Shown in pieces: positions 40,521 to 55,657 of a stretch of 64,000 nt of DNA. The stretch lies in NCBI GenBank assembly GCA_951406725.2, contig OX597825.1:16120001-16184000 (forward strand), written 5' to 3'. Each line of letters opens with the position of its first letter. The first letter of the stretch is position 1. The notes beneath the pieces were generated by a model. It searched no databases. It was not told the origin of the DNA and saw only the letters and a list, made by a program, of their open reading frames with translations. This DNA is from Octopus vulgaris. Lineage: Eukaryota. The translations under genes and the position numbers were made by a program.

Positions 40521-42080
40521 TCTTGCTGCAGCACATCTGCAGAAACTAATTGCGTTTTGCTGTTAAGAGTTTTTTCATTTTACGTCTTAAAATTTAATTT
40601 TCATTTCATTAGCAACTAATTTAGTAAATAACTCTACAATGCTAATTTATTTTTTTAAGTAACAAGATCATTGTAAAAAAAATCTCTGGGCAATTTTAAA
40701 CCATACAGATTTAAAAGTAAGCAAGGATTTTTGTGACGACACTGAGTTTAATTAAAAAGAAATTAGAAATTTAAAAGTATTCTTTAAGTTTGTGATTTTT
40801 TAAAGATTTATTGATTCGAAACTTGTTGAATGCTATACCACCATTTCGATAAATTTAAGGGAACACACAGGTAGAAAAACAGGATAATACCTGTCGGGTG
40901 CCACATAAGAGTGCCCATTCAGTGCCATGTGAAAGTGTTCATGCAGTGCTATATAAAAGCACCCACAACACTCTGTAAAGTGGTTGGCATTAAGAAGGGC
41001 ATCCAGCTGTAGAAACCTTGACAAATCGGACTGGAGTTTCGTGCAGTCTCCGCTCAACTTGCCAGCTCTCATCACACTGTCCAACCTATGCCAGCATGGA
41101 CAACAGACGTTAATTGATGATATATATGTGTGTGACGCCACATAAAAGCACTCAACAAACTCTGTAAAGTGGTTGGTGTTGAGAAGGGCATCAGCTGGAG
41201 AACCCAAGTCAAATCAGACTGGAGTGTGGTGCAGCTCCCCTAGCTTGCCAGCTCTGGTCAAACTGTCCAACCCATGGACAATGGATGTTAATTAATGATA
41301 ATGATGATGATGATGGCCAGTGGCATGTAAAATGCACCATTCAAGCATGATCATTACCAGAACCACCTGACTGGCTCCTGTGCCGGTAGCACGTAAAAGG
41401 CACCATTCGAGTGTGGTCGTTGCCAGTGGTGTCTGACAGGTCCTCATGCTGAGGGCATGTAAAAAGTACCCACTACACTCTTGGAGTAGGAAAGAAGCAA
41501 ATGCACTCATGGTGAATGTGCATGTATGCACATCCACACACACTCATGCACACTCCCACACACATGTGTCTATGTGCATATGCTTATCCGTACTTGCTTG
41601 CACACCCACACATTTGCCAAAAATGTGTGGGTGCGCATGTGTGTGTTTCGGACGAGTGTGGACGAGCATATGCACATATATTTACATATATATACAGGTT
41701 GGGCTTCTTTCAGTTTCCGTCTACCAAATCCACTCACAAGACTTTGGTTGGTCTGAGGCTATAGAAGACAATTGCCCAAGGTGCCACGCAGTGGGACTGA
41801 ACCTAGAACCATGTGGTTGGGAAGCAAGCTTCTTACCACACAGCTACACACACACACATTCCTCTCTTTCTCTCTTTTAAAGGTATTAATGTTATGACTG
41901 CTATGATTTAAATAAAAAATAAATTTTTTCGTTCATTTCAAAGTTTCTATCTGAAATGTAATTTTGCAATGTAATAAATTAACATTTTCTTTTTCTTTTC
42001 TTCTTCTTTTCCTACTTTTGCCTTCATCTTCCCTGCCGTCATCCATCACCATCATCACCTTGCCTGCGTCCTCCATGCAG

Positions 42081-42304
42081 TGATTGTAATGTACATACTC
42101 ATGAAGTTCAAGTCTTCTCTAGCTCTCGTATCGACAGTTGTTCTAGGTTTTGGCATCCTGTTTTGTGTACTCAGTGTGATGCAGAACACATACCACTGGC
42201 GTCTGGAGAAAAGCCGAGCAGATGATGGTCTGCCTGTGTTTGAACGGTCCAAGAACAACATGGAAATTTCCAACCCCAGAAATGAACTCTCAACTTTAGT
42301 TTAA
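42081..42304 (+). CDS. TMEM221: Last coding exon of the TMEM221/Jiraiya-like gene (TM4 and cytoplasmic tail with class I PDZ-binding motif STLV)
   Basis: Acceptor ctccatgcag| after a pyrimidine tract; phase 1 matches. Encodes (V)IVMYILMKFKSSLALVSTVVLGFGILFCVLSVMQNTYHWRLEKSRADDGLPVFERSKNNMEISNPRNELSTLV* (TAA at 42302-42304). Human TMEM221 also ends in STLV (recalled). Confidence 0.88.
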
Positions 42305-43798
42305 CATATTACGAGCATACAATGTGGCTTTGATTCCCAACTGAAAGTTTGCAAAATATATATATATACATATATATATATGTATATATATATACTGGTT
42401 TATTTTGTGACGGTGGAAAATAAGAACGCTTAACCGGATACGTGGTTGAGTGGTATTTAGAAAAGAAAGAAAAAAGTCATTTCAAATGTTTGGTGCCCTC
42501 TACAAGGAGATGGAGAGATGAGATGAATAAAAATTGGAAAAATTTATATGAAACCAGGAGCTGGTCATTTTGAAATTTCTTAGACTCTGAAATGAAAAGA
42601 AAAAAAAAATTAAATGGAAATTGAAATTAAAAACACAAACAAGAAACTATGAACTACAAGCAATTAGAAAAATAAAATCCAGACATATAAATAATAATAA
42701 TAATAATGATAATATTGATAATAATGTAATATAAAAGAACAGGCAGAAAAATGGTGGGGGTGTGACATATTCAATATTGTTGAAGAAGTGTAAATTATTA
42801 ATGATGAAAGAAAAAAGATTTTCCATTTAAAAAAATAAAAATAGCAATTATTTGCTTACTATATTGAATTATTATCCAGAATGATTTGTAACTGCCAAAA
42901 AAGAAAAAAAAACACCCCAAAAGATGGAAAATAACAAAAGCAAGATGTTTAGTAAAAGAAGCCTAAAAATGGAAAAAATTTACCTCTTTTTGTCTGTGTT
43001 TTTGTTTGAAGAATTTAGCAAACACTTCTCAATCATTTATTGCAAGGAACGCATTGTTTTACATAAAGGTTTTAAAGATATCTTTTTTTCCAGAAGCGAA
43101 AAAAAAAATTTTTTGTGAATTAACTGTCTTTCATTAATCAAATATTACTCCCATCCCACATACACAGTCACATATATATATATATATGTTTGTATGTAAA
43201 AATATATATATGCATACGTCTGTGTGTGTGTGTGTGTGTGTGATCATATATGTATGTATATATATGTTTGTGTGATATTTATTTGTGTATAATGCAGAAA
43301 ATTTAATATAAAATGTATGAGGGTTAAAACTAGAAGATAACATTGTATTCATGTGTAAAAAAGGAGGACAAAATATTAAATAATTTTTTAAATAGAATAA
43401 GTAGGGTCACATTACATTCAAGACTGCATACATACATACGTATATATGTGTATATATATGTGTATGTGTGAGTGTATATATATATATGTACACATGCTTA
43501 TACATATATAGATATATGAAAGAATAGGTTTTTCCTTCAATATTTCTAAAAAGAAAAATTATATTTCATCATTGTTCTACATTTTTTTCTTTCTTTTGTG
43601 TGTCCATATATACATTACATATTTATATACATACATACATACATATATTACACATATATATATATAACATGTATATATATATAACATATATATATATATA
43701 TATATAACATATATATATATATAACAATACATGTATATATATAATATATATACATGCATATATAAGTATACATATATGTATATATATGTATATGTATG

Positions 43799-43849
<51 letters not shown>

Positions 43850-44171
43850 GCATATGTTGGTGGTGGTAATGTTGTTTTAGGGGAGAGAATATATTTGAAA
43901 GACATTCCCTGAACTTGCATCTTCTTTATTTAAGAATACTCCCTGAATATTCACAAACCCTCAGCCACACACAAAAATAAAACTTACTAATGGGGAGAAA
44001 ATTTATAGTCAAATATCTTTATTTGTAATTTTTTCTTTACAGAATTTTGATACAAAATAATGTAAGTTTAAGTTTATGATAGTAAAATTTGAACTCATTA
44101 TAATACATATTCACAGATATATATATATATCTATGTGTGTATGTGTGTATATATGTATATATATATATATG

Positions 44172-44552
<381 letters not shown>

Positions 44553-44576
44553 ATGATATGTATATATATATGTATA

Positions 44577-44897
44577 TAATTAATAGAAAAAACCTCTATT
44601 AAGCAATTCAATAGTGAAAGACATTATCTATACCATATAGAAAAAATTTATATATACTATGATAATCAATAAATTAAATCAATAATAATCAATAAAGAAA
44701 ATCAATAAATTAAATAAACATTAAATTGACATTAAATTTTTTCTATATATTATAGATAATATCTTTCACTATTGAATTGCTTAATAGAGGTTATTTCTCT
44801 TAATTACATAGATATATTATATATTGTGAAATTTGATTTAGAATTACTAAATTGAATTTTTCCCTGTAAGTTTGGAATTATATTCCCTACTATTATG
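44577..44897. mobile_element. (TA)n-flanked AT-rich fold-back element
   Basis: aacctctattaagcaattcaatagtgaaaga (~44591) is inverted at ~44762-44792. Confidence 0.7.
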
Positions 44898-44905
44898 TAT
44901 GTATG

Positions 44906-44945
<40 letters not shown>

Positions 44946-45311
44946 TATATTCACTCATATGTATTTATATATGATGTTACTTGTGAGATGTCTGGGATTT
45001 TAAGTTTTTAAGTTTCTCCATAATCACTTGTTTAACTAGATTGATTGGACAAATCATTAATTTAAAGCACTCAGAGTTCTAATTCTTAGTGTGTATAGAA
45101 TCCCACCATCAGTAAATTACGCTTTTTTTAAAGATTCTACAAGCTGATTAACAATATGAAATGATATAGATATATGTATATATATATATTATATGTATAT
45201 ATGCATTTATATGTAAATATGTGTGTGTATGTGTATATATATATATATGTGTGTATATATATGTACACACACTCACATATATATATGTGTGTATATATAT
45301 GTATGTATATA

Positions 45312-45391
<80 letters not shown>

Positions 45392-46903
45392 CATGATCGT
45401 GTCTGAAAATTACAATGGTTATTGTCATAATATTTCAAATATTTTACTTTCATCATTAATTTCTTTCTCTTTTTTTTTTTTTCAAAATCTTTCATCCAAT
45501 TAACTTTTCTAACTTAATCAATAATTTCAGTTTTGCAAAAAAAAAAAAAACAACACAAAATCAGCTTTTGAAATTTTGAAATTTTAAACCAAAAGTAAAA
45601 AAATAGCATGAAAATAAAATATAATTTTCATCTCTGAGTTATAAACACACACAAACACACATACACACACTTATACATAAAATCTAGGCTCAAGTGTATA
45701 ATAGATATTTGCTTATGCACACAAACATATATATATGTATGATATATTTATTTTAAAGAAGTTTGACTGTTACTTCAAAATTTTGCCAAAAAAGGCTTAT
45801 CTAATAATGTTTTACTCTATATCATGTGTTGAGTTCTTTCTTCCGTTAATGCTTGTTCTTCATTAATCATTATGGAACCATTATTAAAATTTTTATATAA
45901 CACAACGTTAAATGATGATGATATGCTTTCACACAAACATAAAATATATATGCTTGTACATAATATATATAGTGTATCTAGTACACACGGTAAGATGATC
46001 CATTGTGGTTCAGCATCCAGTTGCACTAGGAATATCCAATGCAGAGTTCCAAATGACCACAAAGGTGAAACATATGTAGGGAAGAAATTATGTACACTTG
46101 TGCTTATCATAATTTCTCCTGTGTATATATATTTATATTTGTGTATGCGTATGTGTGTGTATACATGTGTGTATATATGTGTGTGTGTGACAACAGCATT
46201 GGGGCTTTTTACAATTGTTTATATATGCATATAACTTTTTAAAAAGAAACAATATATAGGCTATATCACGCATACATATATATATGTGTATATTTTCATG
46301 CATATCTATCTACTCACATATGGTGCAGATATATGTTTTTTTTTAGATATCATCTTATATCAATGATTACATTTAGGTGATGAGATATGAGTGTTGGTTT
46401 AGGATTCTTTTTTCTTTTTTTTTTTTTTTTGCAGTAGTTTAACCAGAGGGGAAATCACAGGGCTCAAGTAACACTTTTAATGTCTCTGAGTTTCATGAAA
46501 GGAATGCGGGACATTATCATCAGATGAAAAAAGCATTGACAGAATGATTGTAGCAGTCTGAGCTCTGCTACAACAGCCAAAAGCCAGGTAGTGGTGGTGG
46601 TGGTGGTGGAGGTAGTAGTGTAAAATAGTTGATATTTTCTTTATAAACAATTTGCTTTGGTAAAGATTTGTAAACAATACAATTTTTTTTTTTAAATTGT
46701 TAATCTTATTATATTGTTTATGAATATTCACTCACTGTTATATTCTTGTTATTATTATTCATAATAATAATAATAATGATAACTATAATAATGTGTATAT
46801 AAATATTCATATGTGTGTATGCATGTATATATAATATATATATCTATATATACATGCACATATTCAAATATTTGTGTGTGTGGTGTGTATATACATATGT
46901 ATG

Positions 46904-46962
<59 letters not shown>

Positions 46963-47128
46963 CAATGCAGACAAATAGCGACACGTACATAAAAATTACT
47001 ACGCAGATATATACAAATATTTGTATGTATGTATGAGTGTGTGTATATATCATATATATATATATGTATATGTGTGTGTGTATACACATAAATATACATA
47101 TATATATGCATACATAAACACACACACA

Positions 47129-47169
<41 letters not shown>

Positions 47170-47511
47170 GTATGTATGTAGGTATGTATAAAACTATGAA
47201 ATACTTTGTATGCATACACAAATACTCACATTTCACATCTGTCTTATCTATTAAGCTGTTACATTGTTGATGAACAGTTATATACACCCTATGAACTGTT
47301 CATTGCAAGGCGAAACATTTTCTGCCATATTGATTAATCTTATTAAAGACAAAGACGAAAACAAATTAAAAATTTTGAAAGAAGCCATGTTTGAAAAAAA
47401 AAGCATAAATAAAATAAATAAAAACAAAATTTTAAAAAGTAGAGGGTGTGGTGGAATAATGAATTTCAATGTATGCGTGTATGTGTATATTTTGCATGTA
47501 TGTGTGTGTGT

Positions 47512-47548
<37 letters not shown>

Positions 47549-48274
47549 ATTCAATGAATGCTTCTTTGATGTGAATCTTGAAGTAATGGAAACATAGTCA
47601 ACAACTTTTAACAATGTGTGTGTGTGTATATCTATACATATATATATATATATAACTTTCTTACAGATCATTATTACCGCAGGGCAAAATTCACACACAC
47701 ACATATGATGTATATATAAATGTGTTTGTGTGTGTATACAAATTTATATACATATGTATATATATATATATATCTGTATATATATATATATATATATATC
47801 TGTATATGCATATATATATATATATATATCTGTATATGCATGTATATATATACCTGTATATGCATGTATATATATATATATATGTATATATATATAAATA
47901 TATATGCATGTGCATATATATATGTATTGGTATATATATATGCACGTAAGCATATATACACATATATATACATAAATATGTGCATTGAAGACAAGACACA
48001 ACTGTGTTCAGATTTTATCTAATCTGTTTTTATGAAAGATTTTTTCATACACTTCCTTCTTTGTCCTTTAAATTTAGTTTTGGAACAAAAACTGTTTCCA
48101 ATTCCATTCAAGTTTCAAGACTTTCTGGCTGAAAAACAATGGTATTGGTGCATTTCTGCCACATTTTGTAGCCGGCATCAAAGAGCCATGGCAAATACTT
48201 TGAAACTGATAAGATATTTGAATGTGTGTATATGTGTCTCTCTCTCCATCTGTGTGTGTGTGTATATATATACT

Positions 48275-48307
<33 letters not shown>

Positions 48308-48666
48308 ATGTATGTATGTATGTATGTATGTATATATATATATATATATGTGGGGAGCAGTTTTGGTTTATACATGTTTCATTAAACATGTGGCTATGTT
48401 CGAATTTTCTGTTTTCTTTTAGATTTTTCATATTTTCTTATTACCTTTTTACTGTTTCGTTCTGGACATTACAGTTCCTAAATTCATATCTGATGAAGAA
48501 AAAAAATATATGTGGTAAGTTTTTGGAAGATGCTCTGAGCCTTTTCTAGAAACGGTGGATATAGATTTAGGAACTCTACCTATTCCAAACCAACAGTTAA
48601 AAAACCTTATAACAAAAGATGGAAAATCTAAAATACAATGATATAACTTAGTTGTTTATTTAATGA

Positions 48667-48706
<40 letters not shown>

Positions 48707-48724
48707 TATATACACATACATATA

Positions 48725-48786
<62 letters not shown>

Positions 48787-48794
<8 letters not shown>

Positions 48795-49301
48795 CAGTGT
48801 ACATTTAAACACATAAGTGGTATCCATCATAGGATTCCTTTCATGCTTGAAGGAACAGCTAAAGTCCAAACCACTATTAGGGACTATAGCTGTCCCTATG
48901 ATGGATACCTCTTATGTGTTTAAATGTACACTGTATTTATATGAATAATATATGGTCCATTGACAAATTTTTCTACACGCTAGGCCACAGGTAGTAAAGA
49001 TTTCTAAAATCTTTATTACCCTGATATTATTAATTATAAATATATATATATAGATAAATACAGATTTGGCCGGTTTGGGCTTACCCTGGGTTTCACGACC
49101 ATAAAGCTCATAGCTTTACAGCATTTCTTCTGACCCTAAACTTGTTGGGTTTATGGCCGTAAAACCCAGGGTACCCCCATAAACTGGACATATCTATCTT
49201 TATCTATATACTCTACTAATCTATATTTAGACTGTGCTTCATTTTGGGATTTATGATTTACTAACGATATACATATATGTATGTATGTATATGTATATAT
49301 A

Positions 49302-49353
<52 letters not shown>

Positions 49354-49366
49354 TATTTATATATAC

Positions 49367-49397
<31 letters not shown>

Positions 49398-49875
49398 AAA
49401 ATACAGTGTACATTTAAGCACATAAGTGTGTTTCCATCATAGATTCCTTTCATGCTTGAAGCTGAACAAGACAGGAAGTCCAAACCACTATAACTATAGC
49501 TGTCCCTATGATGGATACCTGATGTGTTTAAATGTACACTGTATTTATATGAATAATATATGGTCCATTGACAAATTTTTCTACACACGCTAGGCCACCG
49601 GTAGGAAAAATTTCTAAAATCTTTATTACCCTGATATTCATCATCTAGTTAGATATAGATTTGGTAGTTTGGGCTTAGTTCTGGGTTTCACGACCATAAA
49701 GCTCATAGCTTTACAGCATTTCTTCAGACCCTAAACTTGTTGGCTTTATGGCCGTGAAACCCAGGGATATCCCATAAACTTTTTGGATCATATCCTCCAT
49801 CTTTATCTATATCATTCTACTACTCTATAACCTTAGACTGTCAACATATTGGGATTTATGATTTACTAACGATAT
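48787..49875 (+). repeat. ~600-bp tandem duplication of two adjacent fold-back elements
   Basis: 48787-49027 ~ 49397-49637 and 49063-49270 ~ 49658-49875; each unit is internally palindromic. Confidence 0.85.
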
Positions 49876-49913
<38 letters not shown>

Positions 49914-49931
49914 GTGTGTGTATGTATGGGT

Positions 49932-49985
<54 letters not shown>

Positions 49986-50409
49986 TGTGTATATACATAT
50001 ATATACATATAATATATATATACAAATATATATGTACATATATATATACATATAATATGCGTATATGTATATTTATTTATATATGTGTACTTAAGGTGTT
50101 TGTGTATCTTTTTATCTCTGTGTATATATATATACACACAGTGACATATATAACACATATACATACACAGGGGCATATATTTATGAAAATATATGTTTTC
50201 ACTTGCAGTGATATTTTAATCATTTCCTGTTTTGTATCTACATACATGTAAGACATATATATATATGTGTATATATATATATGCATCTTTTTCTTTGTGT
50301 GTATATATATATCAGCAAACACTTATATGCAGAAATATTGAAAAATATACATGTGCAACCAGTTGTAAAATAATTAAATGGTTAGAAATGTTTATATAGT
50401 TTATTATAT

Positions 50410-50967
50410 TTAACCCTTTCGATACCAACCCGGCTAAAACCACATCTGGCTCTGTAGTACAAATGTCTTGTTTTCATTAGTTATGAATCAAAATCTTCCA
50501 CCAAGCCTTAGTCACAATTTATGTTCCTTACACTAGCTTAACGATGACTAAGTTATTTTACTAAATTCTTTATTATATTTAAAATTAATTGAAAGAAACA
50601 CAGAGCATCTCAAAATAAATACAGTAACGAAAGGGTTAAGAAGAAAAATAATCTGTAGAAATAATAGCCTAAATTTCCTTCAATCTGCACCCTTCCAACT
50701 GCTTCTAATGTGCATCAGCCCAAATGTAGGGGTGTGTTTAACCCTTTCCATACCAACCCGACTAAAACCGCATCTGGCTCTGTAGTACAAATGATTTGTT
50801 GTTATAAGTTTTGAACTAAAATCTTCCACCAAACCTTAGTCACAATTTACGTTCCTAACACTAGCTTAACGATAACTGAGTTATTTTACTAAACTCTTTG
50901 TGGTATTTAAAATTAATTGAAAGAAACACAGAGCATCTCAAAATAAATACAGTAACGAAAGGGTTAA
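50410..50967. mobile_element. Two neighbouring piggyBac-type MITE copies (50414-50635 and 50742-50963)
   Basis: TTAA TSDs, CCCTTTC...GAAAGGG terminal inverted repeats, and near-identical bodies. Confidence 0.85.
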
Positions 50968-51508
50968 AATTTAATCTTTGCTGCTGTTTCTTAAAAAAGT
51001 TTAAGAGCCTGTTTAAATTGTTTAACCATCTTTGTAACATTTCTGGAAGACATGAACTAAGAAACAAGACAATACAAGAAAAACTTCAAAGCAGTACCAA
51101 TATGAAAATACCTGTTCATTTTGTGGCACCACTTCAAAACACATTTTCTTGTAATATTTTCTATCACCAAAATTCCAATTGTATCAAGATGCAATATATC
51201 AGAAAATATCTGTCAACAAAACATTTGATATCACATGCATTGTACTTTATATCATATATATATATATGATTTATTTATATGAGTGTATGTGTTTGTGTAT
51301 ATGTATATTATGGATGTATTTATACAGGTATAAGTACATGTTTGTATTCTTGTGTGTGTGTATGTATATTTCTTTATGTATCACACTTAACGTAAATATA
51401 TTGTGATATATAAATTTATACATGTATATATACAAATTTTTTTATATACATATATATATATGCTTGTATATTATATATATAAGCTTGTGTATTATATGTG
51501 TATACATG

Positions 51509-51760
<252 letters not shown>

Positions 51761-52438
51761 TAGCTGAGGAAAGTAGATGTACATTATGTAGCAAAAACAA
51801 AAAAATATGTAGCAAGTTTCTGGTAGTTGCACTGATCTGGTTCCATTTTCAGTTTGATAAATGTAACAAAAGGAAAAAAAAAAAAATATATAATAATAAT
51901 AATAATAAAGGAAAACGTGGGAGGAAAAAAAAAAATTTTAAGAAGTGAAAAAAAATCAGAGCACCAGTTTTGGTGGAATCGTATATCTTATTGAAGCACT
52001 GTCATAGTAGCTACATCATTTAAAAAAATAATCCTATTATTTCCCATTTTACCATTGTTACAGTGCCTGGTGGCATTCCTTGATGTTGGTTATCCTAATG
52101 GATTTTTAATATTCTGTTCTACAGAATCGACACTCGTGCCTAGAGATATTAATGCCAAAGCATGCATCAAGCATGTTTTTAAAGCTTCCTTTTTGTGTTT
52201 CACTCTGACTGACTCTCACCTGGTAGTTACACCATTCTGAGCAATTTTTTTTTCTCTTGAATGTATTACAAATTACGAATAGGTAAGTTTGCTGCAATTA
52301 GCTGTAGAATTCACATAGCAACTACAATATACATACACATATATATATATATATATAAAGGGAAAGTTTACGAAAGACAAAGGCAGGTGGAGTACAAACA
52401 AACAAATGTATTAGTATAGCGCTCAGGAATAGAAAAAG

Positions 52439-52476
52439 TCTTTTACGTTTCGAGCCTACGCTCTTCGACAGAAAGA
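52439..52476 (-). ncRNA. Minimal hammerhead-like motif with a variant core
   Basis: Minus strand: tcttt CTGTCGAA GAGC-gtag-GCTC GAAA CG TA aaaga. Stems I and II pair perfectly, but the 5' core is 8 nt rather than CUGANGA. Related fragments at 27907-27922 (+) and ~28157-28195 (-). Confidence 0.5.
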
Positions 52477-52562
52477 TACACAGAAAAAAACAAGGAGAGA
52501 AAAAAAATGCATGTAGTAGCTAATGATCTATCATGGCATCCTGACATATATATACATCTAAT

Positions 52563-53296
52563 ATAGGATAAAATGTTTCAAAAAAAATTTTTATCAATGG
52601 CCGGCATATTAAAAAATACCTTCAAAGGTTAAATTTATAAACAACTTATAAACAAGGACAAAAGAAAAAAGTTCTAATGCCAAATATGCCGAAAATAGAC
52701 AAATTGTCAATAATCATATAATTTATCACTATTAACACGTGTCTTGAAGTAAACCGACAGAAATTTCTATTACCGCATTAGTCCCAATTTCAGAGTTAAT
52801 TCATAAGAATTTTCTCCTCATTAGCGATAAATACGTAAGACATAAATGAAATACTTACTCATACCTATGGAAGAAGACAGAAATTTCTGTCGGTTTACTT
52901 CGAGACACATGTTGATAGGGGTAAATTATATGGTTATTGACAATTTGTCTATTTTCGGCATATTTGGCATTACAATTTTGTTCTTTTGCCCTTGTTTTAT
53001 AAGTTATATATATATAAATAAGGATAAGATTGTTAATTTAAATTAAATAACGATCTTATCAAGTGGCCATCATGGAAATAAAAACCTTCAAAGGTAATAA
53101 TTATTATTAAAATTATAACTTGGGGTATCTACGAGATACCGCCATGCTGAAAATAGCAGTCAGGATCTGACTCTAAGACCACCTTAAGTGTTCATATAGC
53201 ACAAGGAGAAAAGACAAAATAAAACTAGGAGTAATTTTCTACTAGTTTTGTCTTCTTTCCTTGTGCTATATGAACACTTAATGTGATCTTAGAGTT
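52563..53296 (-). mobile_element. Two adjacent (TA)n-flanked fold-back elements, the first with a degenerate hammerhead
   Basis: Arms 52644-52768/52879-53005 and 53170-53228/53240-53295. Minus-strand ttatcg CTAATGA...GAAA ttgggactaa TG cggtaa at 52770-52830. Confidence 0.7.
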
Positions 53297-53464
53297 ATAT
53301 ATGTATATGTATGTATCTATATATATATATATATATAGCACAAAGTAAGATAGGGGTTATGGGTGTAACTTACTATGGGATATGTAAAATGAATTAATAA
53401 TTTAACATTATAATATCCGTAAGTCGATGAACAAACTAAATTTGTTTCTCCATTTTCTTATTTG

Positions 53465-53512
<48 letters not shown>

Positions 53513-54165
53513 GTGTGTATATATATGTATGTGTGTGTATTTAAGTATGTATGTATACACATATACATGCATAAATATATATACATATATAAAATGATGA
53601 TTGATATATATATATATATATGTGTATATATTGTAAGCTAAATCATTAAATATTGATGCAAAGTTGCATGGTGATTGCTATTAGTTTAGGCTAAGTTCCA
53701 TTCCACCTGAGTTCTCGGTGAGTCTCTTGACACATGTTATTACTGCTAGAAGAGTATAAAATGGTTGGGGTTGATATGATTATAGGACTTATTAGCTCAT
53801 GGTTCATGGGTTGAAACCCACTGCAGGTATTTTGATGGATCTGCAAGCAAGACATCTTATTTTATTTATGGCTTTTTTTTCTTCTTTTTTCTTTCTTTTT
53901 TTTTTTGTCAGAACTAACTTTTTGGAAGAAAAGTTATCAGAACTTCTGAGAAATGTTACTTGTGATGAAAGATTGGTAAGCTATTCAGTGGGAGTTTTTG
54001 TCTCCGATCTGCTTCTTTGAGCAGACTTAAGAAATGGAAAACCTACGGGGCCGTGTGATTCAAGAAAGGATTAAACTATGTTGCTCATATTCTTGAAAAT
54101 GTTAAGCACATTATATAATCTAACTTCTGATTCTTTAGAAGGTCTGACATCTTTTGCCTATGAAA

Positions 54166-54215
54166 AATAAAAATCTATGTAAATAAAAAAAATATTCATG
54201 AGTGTGTGTGTTGTC
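54166..54215 (+). terminator. Candidate distal polyadenylation site
   Basis: AATAAA at 54166 and 54182 followed by GT-rich gagtgtgtgtgttgtc, at the end of the SINE-free stretch. AATAAA is common in AT-rich DNA, so support is weak. Confidence 0.25.
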
Positions 54216-54407
54216 AACAAATTTTCTAAATTAAAAAAAATTTTTTTTTTGTGTTTTCTTTTCTCGGTGACATCTGAATTATCCATAATGTTGTTTTATT
54301 GAATATCTTCTTTCTTTTTAATGCCATTGTGATAGAAAAGAAATTATTTAGAAAAAAAAAAATCTAAGCATTTATAAATGTGAAATTGAGGAGAAAAATA
54401 CCTTAGG

Positions 54408-54781
54408 AGAATTACAAACAAGGTTTAATTCATAAAAAAAAAAAAAACAATATTTAAAAAAAAAAATTTTAATTAGATGCATAAATGTTTTCATTAAATA
54501 AACATCGCTTGACAACCAATGGTGGTGTGTTTACATCCCTGTAACTTAGCGGTTCGGCAAAAGAAACCGATAGAATAAGTACTAGGCTTATAAAGAATTA
54601 CAAACAAGGTTTAATTCATTTTTAAAAAAAAACAATATTTAAAAAAAAAATTTTAATTAGATGCATAAATGTTTTCATTAAATAAACATTGCTTGACAAC
54701 CGATGGTGGTGGGTTTACATCCCTGTAACTTAGCGGTTCAGCAAAAGAAACCAATAGAATAAGTACTAAGCTTATAAAGAA
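54408..54781 (+). repeat. ~185-bp tandem duplication including a SINE A 3' part
   Basis: agaattacaaacaaggtttaattcat...cttataaagaat repeated (starts ~54408 and ~54594), with AGAAT microhomology at the junction. Confidence 0.85.
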
Positions 54782-55259
54782 TAAGTCCTGGGGTCAATTT
54801 GTTCAACTAAAGGCAGTGCTCCAGCATGGCCACAGTCAAATGACTGAAACAAGCGAAAGAGTAAGGCAGTAACAGCTAACTGGAACATTAGTTACTATTA
54901 GGCAAAATATATTGTGATATTTGTTCCAATTCTTGATGTTCTGTGTTCAAATAATGCCAGCTTTACTTTTTGTCCTTCCAAGATCCCTTAAAATAAAGAA
55001 CTTTCCAGGGTAGTGGATTAGTTGAAATTGTTAGAGTATTAAACAGTATGCTTTTGGGAGTATATATATTCTGGTCCTTTGTATTTCTCAGAACCTAGCA
55101 CATGTGGTAAGCTATCTGCATTGAGCTGACAAGATGGTGTTTTGTAAAAAAAACGAAAGCAAGGGACGTAACTAGAAACCATGTTGGAATTTTTCCATGA
55201 AAATGTCAGGACAAACATATAGTAGCACGTAACACTTGTCAGCGATATTACTAGTGGCG

Positions 55260-55657
55260 AAGGCAGTGAGCTGGCAGAAACGTTAGCGCGCCTGGCGAAA
55301 TGCTTAGCGGTATTTTGTCTGCAGCTATGTTCTGAGTTTAAATTCTGCCGAGGTTGACTTTGCCATTCATCCTTTCGGGATCGATAAATTAAGTACCAGT
55401 TACGCACTGGGGTCGATGTAATTGACTTAATCCGTTTGTTTGTCCTCTCTGTTTTTAGCCCCTTGTGGGTAATAAAGAAACAGAAATTTCGTCTGCCGCT
55501 ATGTTCTGAGTTCAAATTCCACCGAGGTCGACTTTGCCTTTCATCCTTTCGGGGTCGAATAAATAAGTACCAGTTACGCACTGGGGTCGATATAATCGAC
55601 TTAATCCGTTTGTTTGTCCTCTCTGTGTTTAGCCCCTTGTGGGTAGTAAAGAAATAG
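55260..55657 (+). mobile_element. tRNA-derived Meta-domain-type SINE family B (partly duplicated)
   Basis: gagctggcaga...gagttcaaattc head and gtcgactttgcctttcatcctttcggggtcgataaattaagtaccag core. Many copies, e.g. 37255-37475 (+), and 8640-9040, 56207-56440, 58753-58917 (-). Confidence 0.85.
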
